A DNA stretch of 62,744 nucleotides, the filler included. It is 5 parts of 5 records of this genome, joined end to end, with 100 filler letters (N's around TTAATTAATTAA, not from the genome) between each part and the next. Parts side by side here need not be neighbours in the genome. Positions count along the whole stretch, not along the records: positions 1 to 14,207 come from SRR20825010_3032; 4 more parts are not named here. One strand, written 5' to 3'. Shown in pieces: positions 1 to 10,367 of this stretch. The notes under the pieces were generated by a model, which saw nothing but the letters and a program-made list of their open reading frames with translations, was not told the DNA's origin and ran no database searches. Made by a program: the position numbers and the translations under genes. Position 1 is the first letter of the stretch. Each line of letters starts with the position of its first letter.

Positions 1-574
1 GCTTTAGCGGATGAGAAGCGAAGGAACTAAACCACTGTCGCGTTTCTCCGGTTTATCTGCCATTAGATAGTACCTATGACCAGCTATTAATCAAGGACTC
101 TGTATGCTCTTTACTTTGGTGGGCTTTCATAAGGGAAGGAACTAAACAGAAGTAATAGCAAACGGATCCTGAGACTCCGCGAAACTTCGGGAGTCATTCC
201 GTGAGTTCAAAGACTTCGGAATTTCACTTTCTACATGACAATACTCTCTGTGTTTCGGAAAAACCCCGAAGTCTCGGGGCCTACGGGATGAACCGTGCTT
301 AAAAACAAGGCTTATCTGGTAAATCATATCACTAGCACAAACATCAAAGCTCAGTCATGCTGTAAGCATCCTTTCACCTTCTACAAAACAATTACCGCTT
401 GGTTACGGAAAAGCCCTATCAGGTTTCAAAAACATAGCAGGTCTGATAATGGCCTGAACAGACAATAAAGCAATATGGAATGCTGAAATTCATTCTTTTC
501 ACTCCTAATTTAATTCATCAATCATTTAATCTGGATTTTCAATAACTTTGTATGAAAATACAGATATAAAGTCA

Positions 575-1600
575 ATGAAAAAGCAATTATTTTGTACCTC
601 TAGATTTTACCTCTACACCTTATTCATATGTTCACTAGCCTCGTGTAAAAGCGATAAAGATACCGATCCAATTGACCTCACAGGGAAAATAGTCATTCCA
701 GCAGCTACTCAAGACACAGTACTTTTTGTTAATTCTGCCGATAACTTCTCTTTACCAGTTTTCATCTCTTTCCCCTCTTCAGCATCTAGTTCATTACCAG
801 CAACCGTAGTTTTGCATGGCTCTGGAGGCAATTGGAAAGACAGCGACCAAGACGATGATGGTACGGCCGACACTGTCGATGAATGGGAATTATCGAGTCA
901 GAATAAAGAATGGAAAAACATCTTTGACCAAGAAGGAATTGTTTCTGCCTTTCCGGGAAGCTTTTACGGAAGAGGTACTGTGGAGAATGAAGGTGATTGG
1001 AAAAACCCTCCTTTACAATTTGGAATTAGTGCAACATTTATCCGGAATTATGACGCCTACAGCACACTCGAATTGCTTAGAAAACTGGTGCGAGAAGACG
1101 GAACTCCAATCGTAACTTCGAACAAAGTAGCGCTTCTCGGTTTTTCGCATGGAGCAACAGCCGTTCAAAGCACTCTTTTTGATACCAATGCAATACCCAA
1201 CGGCCATCAATGGTCTCAATCCTTTGGTGGATCGACTTATACTACGGAAATAAAATCACCTGCGACCTTGCCAACCGATGGTGGTTTTATTGGTGGTGTG
1301 ATGTATTACCCAGGTTCATTTCACAACAGCTATTATGGTAATCCTTGTAGTGGAACTAGTTTCTTTCAAACTTACACTAACTTCCTTATCCATCTGCCTT
1401 CCGATGATTCCCTTACTCCAAACTCCAATTGTATGTTGGGAACGGTGGGGAATAATGGAGGCGGAACAGCCACTGTTTACAATTATGCAGGTATAGATCA
1501 TGGATTCGACAGGAAAGTAAGCGGTGCCGATGGGGCGGCTAGCACTTTGGCTCAGCAGAGATCAATTGACTTTTTGAAAACCAAATTAGGAATCAATTAA
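575..1600 (+). CDS. Lipoprotein alpha/beta hydrolase (dienelactone hydrolase-like)
   Basis: Lipobox LASC after a hydrophobic segment; VVLHGSGG oxyanion loop, GFSHG nucleophile elbow, C-terminal HGFD. Start moved from TTG 548 to ATG 575 (MKKQ). Confidence 0.7.
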   Translation: MKKQLFCTSRFYLYTLFICSLASCKSDKDTDPIDLTGKIVIPAATQDTVLFVNSADNFSLPVFISFPSSASSSLPATVVLHGSGGNWKDSDQDDDGTADTVDEWELSSQNKEWKNIFDQEGIVSAFPGSFYGRGTVENEGDWKNPPLQFGISATFIRNYDAYSTLELLRKLVREDGTPIVTSNKVALLGFSHGATAVQSTLFDTNAIPNGHQWSQSFGGSTYTTEIKSPATLPTDGGFIGGVMYYPGSFHNSYYGNPCSGTSFFQTYTNFLIHLPSDDSLTPNSNCMLGTVGNNGGGTATVYNYAGIDHGFDRKVSGADGAASTLAQQRSIDFLKTKLGIN

Positions 1601-1730
1601 CCTCTGCACCACTTCTCGTTCCTCGCGGTTTCATTACACCACTCCCAACTTTATTAATTGAGATCATTGGTTCATGAAAGTCTTTTTAACATCTTCCGCC
1701 CAAAATTGAAATATCAAATCATAGAATTTC

Positions 1731-2582
1731 ATGAAGATTAGGTCGACTCTATTATTATCCTTGCTTTTTATTGCCTTGGTAAGTTGTGATCAAAAGAAAG
1801 CTGTCGAAGAAAAGCCAGAGCTAAAGCAGGCAACATCAGATAAAATCAAAGTACTGAATGTGGCCACCTTCCACTTTGGTTATACCTCTGACGCCAACAA
1901 AGTAGATTTTGATGAAGACGACCGTAAAATACAAGAGGAAATTCGTTCGCTTTCTAAAATGCTGGCAGAGTTTAAACCTACCATTATCTGTATCGAAAAT
2001 CACCCGCAATACGATGCAGAAATCAATCAGGTTTATCAAAAATACTTAAAAGATCCATATCAAATGAATACTAATTATGGCGAAAGAAGCATGGTGGCTT
2101 TTGATGTCGCACGATTGAATAATGTAACTCAGTTATTCGGAATCGACAGTTACATGGATTACAATTACCTGATTGGAGAGCAGATCGTTAACACTATCGA
2201 CTCTTCCAATTATAGAGATTACATGAACAACCCGTTCAAAGATTTTCCAGAATTGGCTGAGCTTGACAAGAACTTTGATAACCTACCACTGTTAGAAAAA
2301 CTGAGGTTTTATAACCATCCAAAAGTCCTTGATTTCAATATCAACATCAACGCAGATAATCTGCTATATGTAGGTACTGAAGATGGTTTTGAAGGTGCAG
2401 ACGAGGCGGCTAAATTCTATCAAAGAAATCTGAGAATTTACTCTAACCTCAACCGAATCCCAATGACTAAAGATGACCGAGTTTTCATTCTTATGGGAGC
2501 AGCTCACGCATCATTTTTAAGAGAATTACTGGAAAGAAGTCCTAAATTCGAGATGGCAAATACACTTGATTATTTAAAGTAA
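1731..2582 (+). CDS. DUF5694-like lipoprotein
   Basis: Lipobox LVSC; VLNVATFH, FKPTIICIE, YQRNLRIYSN and MGAAH motifs resemble DUF5694 (TraB-like). Confidence 0.6.
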   Translation: MKIRSTLLLSLLFIALVSCDQKKAVEEKPELKQATSDKIKVLNVATFHFGYTSDANKVDFDEDDRKIQEEIRSLSKMLAEFKPTIICIENHPQYDAEINQVYQKYLKDPYQMNTNYGERSMVAFDVARLNNVTQLFGIDSYMDYNYLIGEQIVNTIDSSNYRDYMNNPFKDFPELAELDKNFDNLPLLEKLRFYNHPKVLDFNININADNLLYVGTEDGFEGADEAAKFYQRNLRIYSNLNRIPMTKDDRVFILMGAAHASFLRELLERSPKFEMANTLDYLK

Positions 2583-2672
2583 TTAAAGATTTATACATAA
2601 TATTTAGTGACTCAAATCGCATTTTAACTATATTCAAAACGACAATGATAATCTAGCTCGAAAACCCATCAA

Positions 2673-3467
2673 ATGAAAAGAGTCCTTTCAATTTGCCTAC
2701 TGTTCATTTCAACACAATTACTTGCCCAGATTCAAACTGAGAGGATTTATGATGATGGATATGGAGAATTTATTTCGGGAGTTTATACGCTTAAAAGTAC
2801 AGACTCTAGCTACTTCTCAACAGACTTTAAGGTCATTGAACCTGAGATAACACTCAACCAAACCGACCGCACTGATTATTTAGTAGTAAATGAGCAGCCT
2901 ATAGTGCTCTTCAATAATTCAAGTCCACAAGGAAAGGAAGATATAGCTGGGGTTCTGATGAAAAGCTCATTGGCTGAAACGATTACACAACATCACAAAA
3001 GAGTTCTTAGGGATTTCACAAAGGAGTGGTCAATCACTCATGAAGTATGGAGCGAGATAGTCATTAATGGTCAAACTTATTTTACCGATGTTAAGCTATA
3101 TGGACTGTTGGCTTACAGTTTTACGTTTACTGCACAAAATCAAACCTTGCTTTTCGTGGCAAAGCGCACAGGTTATGATGGTAACTACGATGCTGGTTAT
3201 CCCGAAGATTGGCATTTCATAGTAATTGATGACAATGATCAAATTTTCTTTGATAGCGGTGAACTAGACTTTGACTGTGGCTGCGAGTTCGGCATAGAAG
3301 AACTTACAGATAGTGGCCAAAAAGAGTTAATCACCAATATCTCTAACGATCTAGTTGAAGTATGCCTCCATGAACTTAGGTACAATGAGGATGAAAAAAG
3401 GCCCTTTGAAGTTCCTTTTAAGTTTACTTGGAATGGAAATGTAATGGAGTTTTTGAAAAACGACTAA
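2673..3467 (+). CDS. Hypothetical secreted protein
   Basis: 264-aa ORF with Sec signal peptide (MKRVLSICLLFISTQLLAQ). Confidence 0.6.
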   Translation: MKRVLSICLLFISTQLLAQIQTERIYDDGYGEFISGVYTLKSTDSSYFSTDFKVIEPEITLNQTDRTDYLVVNEQPIVLFNNSSPQGKEDIAGVLMKSSLAETITQHHKRVLRDFTKEWSITHEVWSEIVINGQTYFTDVKLYGLLAYSFTFTAQNQTLLFVAKRTGYDGNYDAGYPEDWHFIVIDDNDQIFFDSGELDFDCGCEFGIEELTDSGQKELITNISNDLVEVCLHELRYNEDEKRPFEVPFKFTWNGNVMEFLKND

Positions 3468-3862
3468 TGAGCAGAGCCAAACTTATCGATTATTACATTG
3501 AGAAGTCTCAAAATCCAGACTTCCAAATCGACCAAATCAGAAAAGAATTAGAGCCAAATAATGTCCCTGAAGAAGACATTAGAGCCATAGTAAAACTGGT
3601 TGATAACCACATACTCAATAGTGCTTTTACTAAAAACTCAAAAAACAGATCAACAGAGCTTATCATTGCTGGTGCTATCTTGGCTCTTCTTGGTGCTGGG
3701 GTAACAATTGCCACATATACTGGTTTAATAAATCTGAGAGGTAACTTTTTAGTTGTATATGGCCCGTTTTTCGGTGGTGTTTCTCTGATATTCGGTGGAT
3801 TAGCTCAGAGGAAAAATAGCACCTCTAAAATTAGGTCGAACAGACAAAAACTCGATTTATAG
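3467..3862 (+). CDS. Hypothetical membrane protein (2 TM)
   Basis: ATG overlaps the upstream TAA (TAATG coupling); two hydrophobic helices. Confidence 0.6.
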   Translation: MSRAKLIDYYIEKSQNPDFQIDQIRKELEPNNVPEEDIRAIVKLVDNHILNSAFTKNSKNRSTELIIAGAILALLGAGVTIATYTGLINLRGNFLVVYGPFFGGVSLIFGGLAQRKNSTSKIRSNRQKLDL

Positions 3863-3893
3863 ATACTGTCTTATTCTTCCTTAAATTACCCCC

Positions 3894-4991
3894 ATGATCT
3901 TTCTCATTGCTTTTGCTGCCCTAATCATTGCCTTTCTGCTCTTTCTCAATTTCAATCCACAATTTGGAGGCAAGGTTACTCAAGCACATACCGCTCGTTA
4001 TGCCCAATCAAAACAATGGGATGGCAAGAAATTCGTGAATTCAACCCTCACCGAAATGGACATGAGTTTCAGTTCCATGATTAGCTTATTGAAGGAGCAG
4101 TTTACAGACAGTCATTTGCGCAAGCCAAAGCTGCCGATTCCCGTTATCCCTTTCGGTAATGCTGCATGGAAAAGTGAGCCAGAGAAGCCAAAGTTTGTCT
4201 GGTATGGTCATTCGGTGGTATTACTACAATTAGATGGAAAGAACATCCTTATCGATCCAATGCTTGGGCCAGACACTTCGCCCATAGCACCTTTCAAAAC
4301 CAAAAGATTCAGCGAAAACACATTAGCTATTATCGATCAATTACCGCAGCTTGACGCAATACTCCTTACACACGACCACTATGACCACCTTGATTTGGCG
4401 AGCATTAAAAAACTGAAGTCAAAAGTAAACACTTGGTTTGTCGCCTTGGGTGTAGCACGCCATTTAGAAGCTTGGGGTATTTCAAGTGATCAAATTACTG
4501 AATTCGACTGGTGGGATGATATAGTATTCGAAGGCATTTCAATGACCTTCACTCCTTCCCGTCACTTCTCTGGCCGTGGTTTAACGGACAGGGCCAAATC
4601 ACTTTGGGGAGGCTGGGTACTCAAAACGCCAACACATTCCATTTACTGGACAGGCGATAGCGGTGAAAGCGATGTCTTTAAAACCGTAGGTAAAAAATTC
4701 GGCCCTTTCGACTGGGCTTTTGTGGAATGCGGCCAATACAACGAGCGTTGGCATGCCATTCACATGTTCCCGGAAGAAGCCGTTCAGGCTGCGCTAGATT
4801 CCAAATCAAACATCATGATTCCTGTACACTGGGCTGGCTTCCCGTTGTCTTTACACACCTGGAAAGACCCTATTGAACGCAGCACAGCAGCAGCAAAACG
4901 ATTGGGTCAAAAAACCACTACCCCGCGAATTGGCGAGGTAATAGTAATGGGTTTTGAGCCTAAAGAAGCGTGGTGGGAAGTGCTTGATTAA
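3894..4991 (+). CDS. MBL-fold metallo-hydrolase (RomA/NAPE-PLD-like)
   Basis: WYGHS, THDHYDHLD, PSRHFSGR, GDSG and PVHW motifs; N-terminal membrane anchor. Confidence 0.85.
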   Translation: MIFLIAFAALIIAFLLFLNFNPQFGGKVTQAHTARYAQSKQWDGKKFVNSTLTEMDMSFSSMISLLKEQFTDSHLRKPKLPIPVIPFGNAAWKSEPEKPKFVWYGHSVVLLQLDGKNILIDPMLGPDTSPIAPFKTKRFSENTLAIIDQLPQLDAILLTHDHYDHLDLASIKKLKSKVNTWFVALGVARHLEAWGISSDQITEFDWWDDIVFEGISMTFTPSRHFSGRGLTDRAKSLWGGWVLKTPTHSIYWTGDSGESDVFKTVGKKFGPFDWAFVECGQYNERWHAIHMFPEEAVQAALDSKSNIMIPVHWAGFPLSLHTWKDPIERSTAAAKRLGQKTTTPRIGEVIVMGFEPKEAWWEVLD

Positions 4992-7249
4992 TTCCCCTGC
5001 CCAGCTTCGGTTACATCAGTTCCTTCTTTCTTTTCTTTTGGGTTGAAATGCTTTTCGTAGAAAGCGAAAATTCTATTCCATTGGTCATGGTAATCGCTTT
5101 CGTTACTTGCACCACCTGCACCGTGTCCACCATTCATGTAGTTTACCCAAGTCACATCTTTGCCTAGCCTGCGCATGGCATAGTATAACTCACGTGTGTT
5201 AGTGCCAGGAACGTTCCAATCGCCCTCGCCCGTAAGCAGTAAATGCGGTGTGGTGATTCTATCGGCAAAATATACAGCTGTAGTCTGGAAATACTTTAAA
5301 GGTTCGTCCCAAAACGACCCTCCAATTCTGTCTTGTCCATTTTCTGCTGCTGCATAGTTTCTAGTACCAATTTTAGGACTATCGCCTAAGAAACTAATGA
5401 TATTCACCTTACCTGAAATATTAATTGCCGCAGCAAAACGATCGGTTTGGGTGATCAACAATGAAGCAGCATAACCACCATAACTCGTGCCTTGAATACC
5501 TACTTTGTCATTGTCTACTTTTTCTTCATCTACCAACTTATTAATGGCAGAAGTCACGCCTTTTAGCCAAGCTTCTCCTGGGTAACCCTGCTCTAAATCT
5601 ACAGAAGGCCTTAAACCGAAATAGCCTTGGTTGGCTAGTAAATTTAAACTAGAACGATAACCATTATCGAAGAAAGTCTCATAAACCTCAAGTACTAAAG
5701 GGTACTTTTTATTCGGGTCGTAATCCACTGGATAATATAGAATGCCTTGAAGCTCAACACCATCGGCATCTCGATAGGTGATCAACTCAGTCTTAGTCCA
5801 TTTTTTATTGGCTACCCAAGGGTTCAGGTTTGTCAATTGCTTCTCTGAATTGAAATCAAGCTTATTTACATACACATCGGAAGGATAATCACCATCAGAT
5901 TTGCTGTATACTACAGTGTTTCCTTCTTCCGCAAAACGCCAGCCGTTATAAAGGTTGCTGTTCGCCATTAAGTTCTCGAATTGACCACTATTGACGTTGT
6001 AACGCTGAATACCTCTATTCCATTTGTCTTTTTCGGAGTAACTTACATAGAGATAATTACCGTCTTCCGACCACTTTACTACACTTCTATTGGGCACATT
6101 TTTCTTTTCTTCTTTGTCTTCTGGCAGGGTATAAATCATTTTAAGGTTTTCGCCATTATTGTCAATTGTCCACCAGCCCTTGTTCGAACTTAACAATAGT
6201 TTTTCGCCTTGTGGATGCCATCGCATTACGGAAAATTTTACTGCTTTCTTCTTCTCTTTATCTTCAAAAGCTCTGCCTTTAGTCAGGTTAATCGGGTCGC
6301 TTTTACCAAATGCCTCAATCGTTTGCAGGTACACATTCCCTGAATCTATCCATACAAACTGACTGGCAGCATCATCCCAGTTGAAAGACCTGCGTTTTTT
6401 TGTACGCTCATAAATAATGGTTGGGTCTGCATTAGAAGATAAGTTCTTAAATCCCACTTGATATTCGGTTCCTCCTTCGCTTCTGTCATAAGTGGTTTTC
6501 AAGGGAAAACTTTCTGAGTATGAGAGGTATTGTCCTTGGTCATCTACCCTTAAGCCACCATAATCAGACTCTGGTAGCAGATTCTCAACTTTACCTGATT
6601 TCAAACTCACCTTTACAATTTCGGTAAGTCCGTTGGTGACATTGATTTTATCCCATTTTAAGAAAGGTGCATTACCATCATAAACCACAATTGGGCCTTC
6701 CGTGGCCTCTTTGTATTCGGCCATGGCTGTTTCCATCCAACCCTCTTTTCTCAGGCCAACAATCACTTCATCTCCATTTGGCAACAGTTCCATACCAATA
6801 CTGGTGGTCAGCGACCTACTGTCGTTCATTTTTACTTCTCTCACCTTTTTGCTCTTCATGTCAAAGTAAGCAATGGTCATCTTATCTCCTTTTTGCTGAA
6901 AGAAAACTAGTTTACTGGCATCGTCTGTCCACTGTAAACCAGTGATCATCACTGGACTGGTAAACGGTCGAGTCTCTACTCCTGTATTGGTGTCTATAAT
7001 CACCAATTCACCTTCGCTGGTGCGTAAATAACTTGGGTCACGGAACCTCGAATGATCGGTGCCGAACCTGCTTCGTCCATCTGAAATTGTACCGGCCAGA
7101 AATTGACCATTTGGCGAAAGTGTTTGGCTACCAAGCGACTTTACGTTGATGGCGTCCTCAATTGTGAAATTAGTTTTTTGTGCGAATAAGCCTGATGAGA
7201 GCAGAAGGCCTAAGCAAATAAGCGTACTATAGAATAGGTTCTTTTTCAT
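4988..7249 (-). CDS. S9 family prolyl oligopeptidase/acylaminoacyl peptidase, secreted
   Basis: Signal peptide, beta-propeller region, GTSYGG nucleophile, GEGDWNV Asp, GGHG His. Confidence 0.88.
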   Translation of the reverse strand: MKKNLFYSTLICLGLLLSSGLFAQKTNFTIEDAINVKSLGSQTLSPNGQFLAGTISDGRSRFGTDHSRFRDPSYLRTSEGELVIIDTNTGVETRPFTSPVMITGLQWTDDASKLVFFQQKGDKMTIAYFDMKSKKVREVKMNDSRSLTTSIGMELLPNGDEVIVGLRKEGWMETAMAEYKEATEGPIVVYDGNAPFLKWDKINVTNGLTEIVKVSLKSGKVENLLPESDYGGLRVDDQGQYLSYSESFPLKTTYDRSEGGTEYQVGFKNLSSNADPTIIYERTKKRRSFNWDDAASQFVWIDSGNVYLQTIEAFGKSDPINLTKGRAFEDKEKKKAVKFSVMRWHPQGEKLLLSSNKGWWTIDNNGENLKMIYTLPEDKEEKKNVPNRSVVKWSEDGNYLYVSYSEKDKWNRGIQRYNVNSGQFENLMANSNLYNGWRFAEEGNTVVYSKSDGDYPSDVYVNKLDFNSEKQLTNLNPWVANKKWTKTELITYRDADGVELQGILYYPVDYDPNKKYPLVLEVYETFFDNGYRSSLNLLANQGYFGLRPSVDLEQGYPGEAWLKGVTSAINKLVDEEKVDNDKVGIQGTSYGGYAASLLITQTDRFAAAINISGKVNIISFLGDSPKIGTRNYAAAENGQDRIGGSFWDEPLKYFQTTAVYFADRITTPHLLLTGEGDWNVPGTNTRELYYAMRRLGKDVTWVNYMNGGHGAGGASNESDYHDQWNRIFAFYEKHFNPKEKKEGTDVTEAGQGN

Positions 7250-7764
7250 GACTGAAGGTTTTAAAGCAATAATTTACTCATTAAAACCATAGCCTGCCTA
7301 CCAAATACACTAGCGGTAAACACTCTTTGAATGACGGGAAGGGATTGATTAGCAGCACAAATAGACAGCCTTAATCCCAAATAACTTTGTTCGATAGACT
7401 AAAATCATTGACCGTTTAAGGGCTCTCAAATTCCTTTTATATTGAAGGCAAAATCAATCTTCGATCATTGATAAACCTGTTATCTCTAGTTTTCATCTTT
7501 GCTTTTATTCTATCTTGTATCTCCAAAAGAGAAATAGTGAAGTAACTTTTGGGGATTTCTTAACCAAACCTATCGGCAAAGGCGAATTAGACCTCGCTAC
7601 AATAAATGCATCAACGGTATCGATACTTATCATGATTGTTCTCATTATAATAGCGCACCGAAACGTAAAAAAGCAAGTTATAAAATAGTGTACGTCTAAA
7701 TTTACCGAGACATATTTATCATCAATCATTGGCCGTTATTGAGCCATAATTTAAATTCAAATCA

Positions 7765-8754
7765 ATGCTCATAAAGGAAGGCTATATTCTCACAATCCTC
7801 ATTTTAGCAACTAGCTCTATCTTTCCCTCATGCAAGGATAAAGATGATGGACAAGACCCAGTCCTAAATTACAGGCAGGGAATGAGAGATTTTGTGATAG
7901 AGATTAGTGAATACGCAAAAGCTGTTGATTCTGATTTTTTGATTATTCCACAAAATGGAATCGAGTTGGTTAGTGAAGAAAACGGTGTTATCAATCATAC
8001 TTACTTGAATGCCATAGATGCAAATGGGCAAGAGAGTTTGTTTTATGGCTATGAAGGAGTTGACACACCAACATCTAATAGTGAAAGTAGTCGTTTGATT
8101 AACCTTCTTAAGATTTCACAGAAGTCAGGAAACAGAATATTGGTGACTGACTACTGCACTACTCATTCGAAAATGGATGATTCTTATGCCAAAAACCACT
8201 CCAACGAATTTATTTCCTTTTCCTCAGATTCAGATGAACGTTTGCTCAACAATATCCCGAGCTATCCTGCACCTATTTATGCGGAGAACAGCTCAGACGT
8301 TGACCTTATTTCCAATGCAAAAAACTTTATTTTCATCATCAATCCAGAGGACTTTAATTCCAAAGAAACATTCATTAAGGCCATGGCAGCCACAAATTAT
8401 GATCTTATCATTATAGACTTTTTCTTTGATGGTACGGCTTTCAGTGCTGATGAAGTTAACCAGCTTAAGGTCAAAGCTAATGGTGGGAGCAGGTTAGTCG
8501 TTTCGTATTTATCCGTGGGTGAAGCGGAAGATTACCGCTATTATTGGCAACAAGATTGGCATAACACTTCACCAAAATGGTTGGCTCCTGAAAACCCAGA
8601 TTGGAAAGGAAATTACAAAGTAAAATATTGGGACAGCGATTGGAAGTCCATTATTTACGGTAATGAAAGCTCCTACCTTAAAAAGATTTTAACCGCTGGT
8701 TTTGATGGTGTTTATCTCGATATAATAGATGCTTTTGAATACTTTGAAGAGTAG
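7765..8754 (+). CDS. GH114/MJ1477-like endo-alpha-1,4-polygalactosaminidase family lipoprotein
   Basis: YLSVGEAEDYRYYW, ENPDWKGNYKVKYW, GFDGVYLD and IIPQNG motifs; lipobox-like FPSC. Confidence 0.75.
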   Translation: MLIKEGYILTILILATSSIFPSCKDKDDGQDPVLNYRQGMRDFVIEISEYAKAVDSDFLIIPQNGIELVSEENGVINHTYLNAIDANGQESLFYGYEGVDTPTSNSESSRLINLLKISQKSGNRILVTDYCTTHSKMDDSYAKNHSNEFISFSSDSDERLLNNIPSYPAPIYAENSSDVDLISNAKNFIFIINPEDFNSKETFIKAMAATNYDLIIIDFFFDGTAFSADEVNQLKVKANGGSRLVVSYLSVGEAEDYRYYWQQDWHNTSPKWLAPENPDWKGNYKVKYWDSDWKSIIYGNESSYLKKILTAGFDGVYLDIIDAFEYFEE

Positions 8755-8804
8755 AATTCTTAACTTAAAATATAAACAATACTACCATCCGATCATCTCA
8801 TCAC

Positions 8805-10322
8805 TTGAAATCCCTCTTTAAAAGCTTTAGACATCAGGTGTTTTGGCCACCGTTTATTCTGCTGTTGGCAGCGCTCATTTATAGCTTGGTGGACGTAGAG
8901 CATTTCTTGAAGATCACCACCAACATCAATAATTTCATTCTCGATAAGTTTGGTTGGCTTTTCAGTTTGGGCACTTTAATGATGCTCCTCACCTGCCTGA
9001 TTATTTTTTTCCATCCCATTTCAAAAAGAAGAATTGGTGGAGAAGGCGCCAAACCCCTACTTACCAAATGGCGATGGTTTTCAATCGTTATTTGCACCAC
9101 TATTGCCACTGGTATTATATTTTGGGGAACAGCCGAACCCATCTTCCATGTAATGTCACCGCCCAGTTTTAGTGGAGTGGAAGCTAATACTCCAGCAGCA
9201 GGCGAATATGCACTTTCGGTCATGTATTTGCACTGGACGTTCACTCCATATGCCATTTATTCGATTCCAGCCATCATGTTTGCCTTGGCCTTTTACAATG
9301 AGAAAAGAGCCTTTAGCCTAAAATCGACACTTTACCCTTTTATAGGTACAAACCGACATAAATGGCTGGGGATTGGCATTGATGGGATTTGCTTATACGC
9401 TTTAGTAGCGGGCATGGCAGCCTCATTGGGCGCTGGAATTCTCACCCTTTCTGGGGGAATCAATAGCCTTTTTGGTTATCAATCAGACACAGTGCTTTTG
9501 ATCATCACCCTAACCATTGTGGCTGCTTTTGTCATTTCTGCCATTACGGGTCTAATGAAGGGCATTAGGGTTTTGTCAGATATTAACATCCGAATCTTCA
9601 TTATTCTCGCCATTTTCATTTTCATATTTGGCCCTACGGGAAGCATTCTAATTCAGAGCTTTAAATCATTAGGGCTATACTTTCAGCACCTGCCAGAGTT
9701 CAGCCTTATTTCGGTGCTTCATCCCGAAGACCCGTGGCCAAAAAGCTGGACATCGTTTAACTGGGCCAATTGGTTGGCTTGGGCACCTATCACCGCCCTC
9801 TTTCTTGGGCGGTTGAGTTATGGCTATACGGTAAAGCAGTTCATGGTCGTCAACTGGATTTTACCTAGCCTGTTTGGCGTAATTTGGATGTCCATTTTTA
9901 GCGGAACCGCCATTGATATGCAAATCAACCAAGGCATTGGCTTGGGTAAATTATTAGAAGCAGCAGGGCCAGAATCCATCATTTATCGGGTATTTGAAGA
10001 ATTGCCTTGGAGCAATATTGTGGCCGTGGTGTTTCTATTTACTGCTTTTCTTTCCTACGTTACCGCAGCAGATTCGAATACCGAAGCCATGGGCGGCATC
10101 AGCTCAACGGGCATTTCTCCAGACACTCCTTCCCCACCCATTTTCATTAAAATCATTTGGGGTTTGACCATTGGTGCCGTGGCCTTTGTGATGGTGAGCA
10201 TGGCAGGCATTGACGGCATAAAAATGCTCTCTAATTTAGGTGGCTTACCTGCGTTGCTCCTCATCATTGCCGTGAACTTAGGGTTATTGAAGGTACTTTT
10301 CTTTTCAAAAAGAAAGTTGTAG
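8805..10322 (+). CDS. BCCT family (betaine/carnitine/choline) transporter
   Basis: About 12 TM helices; GIIFWGTAEP, YLHWTFTPYAIY, WTSFNWANWLAWAP motifs. Confidence 0.88.
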   Translation: MKSLFKSFRHQVFWPPFILLLAALIYSLVDVEHFLKITTNINNFILDKFGWLFSLGTLMMLLTCLIIFFHPISKRRIGGEGAKPLLTKWRWFSIVICTTIATGIIFWGTAEPIFHVMSPPSFSGVEANTPAAGEYALSVMYLHWTFTPYAIYSIPAIMFALAFYNEKRAFSLKSTLYPFIGTNRHKWLGIGIDGICLYALVAGMAASLGAGILTLSGGINSLFGYQSDTVLLIITLTIVAAFVISAITGLMKGIRVLSDINIRIFIILAIFIFIFGPTGSILIQSFKSLGLYFQHLPEFSLISVLHPEDPWPKSWTSFNWANWLAWAPITALFLGRLSYGYTVKQFMVVNWILPSLFGVIWMSIFSGTAIDMQINQGIGLGKLLEAAGPESIIYRVFEELPWSNIVAVVFLFTAFLSYVTAADSNTEAMGGISSTGISPDTPSPPIFIKIIWGLTIGAVAFVMVSMAGIDGIKMLSNLGGLPALLLIIAVNLGLLKVLFFSKRKL

Positions 10323-10355
10323 AATAAGTACCTACTAAAAGACCCGCATTCGTTT

Positions 10356-10363
10356 TACCTTTG
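10356..10363 (+). promoter_or_regulatory. Bacteroidota primary-sigma -7 element (TACCTTTG)
   Basis: Matches TAnnTTTG, 4 nt before ATG 10368. Confidence 0.55.
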
Positions 10364-10367
10364 CCAT

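Noticed and set aside
1607-1644. CACCACT direct repeat as a LytTR-type site
   Set aside because: Only two 7-nt copies and no cognate regulator in view.
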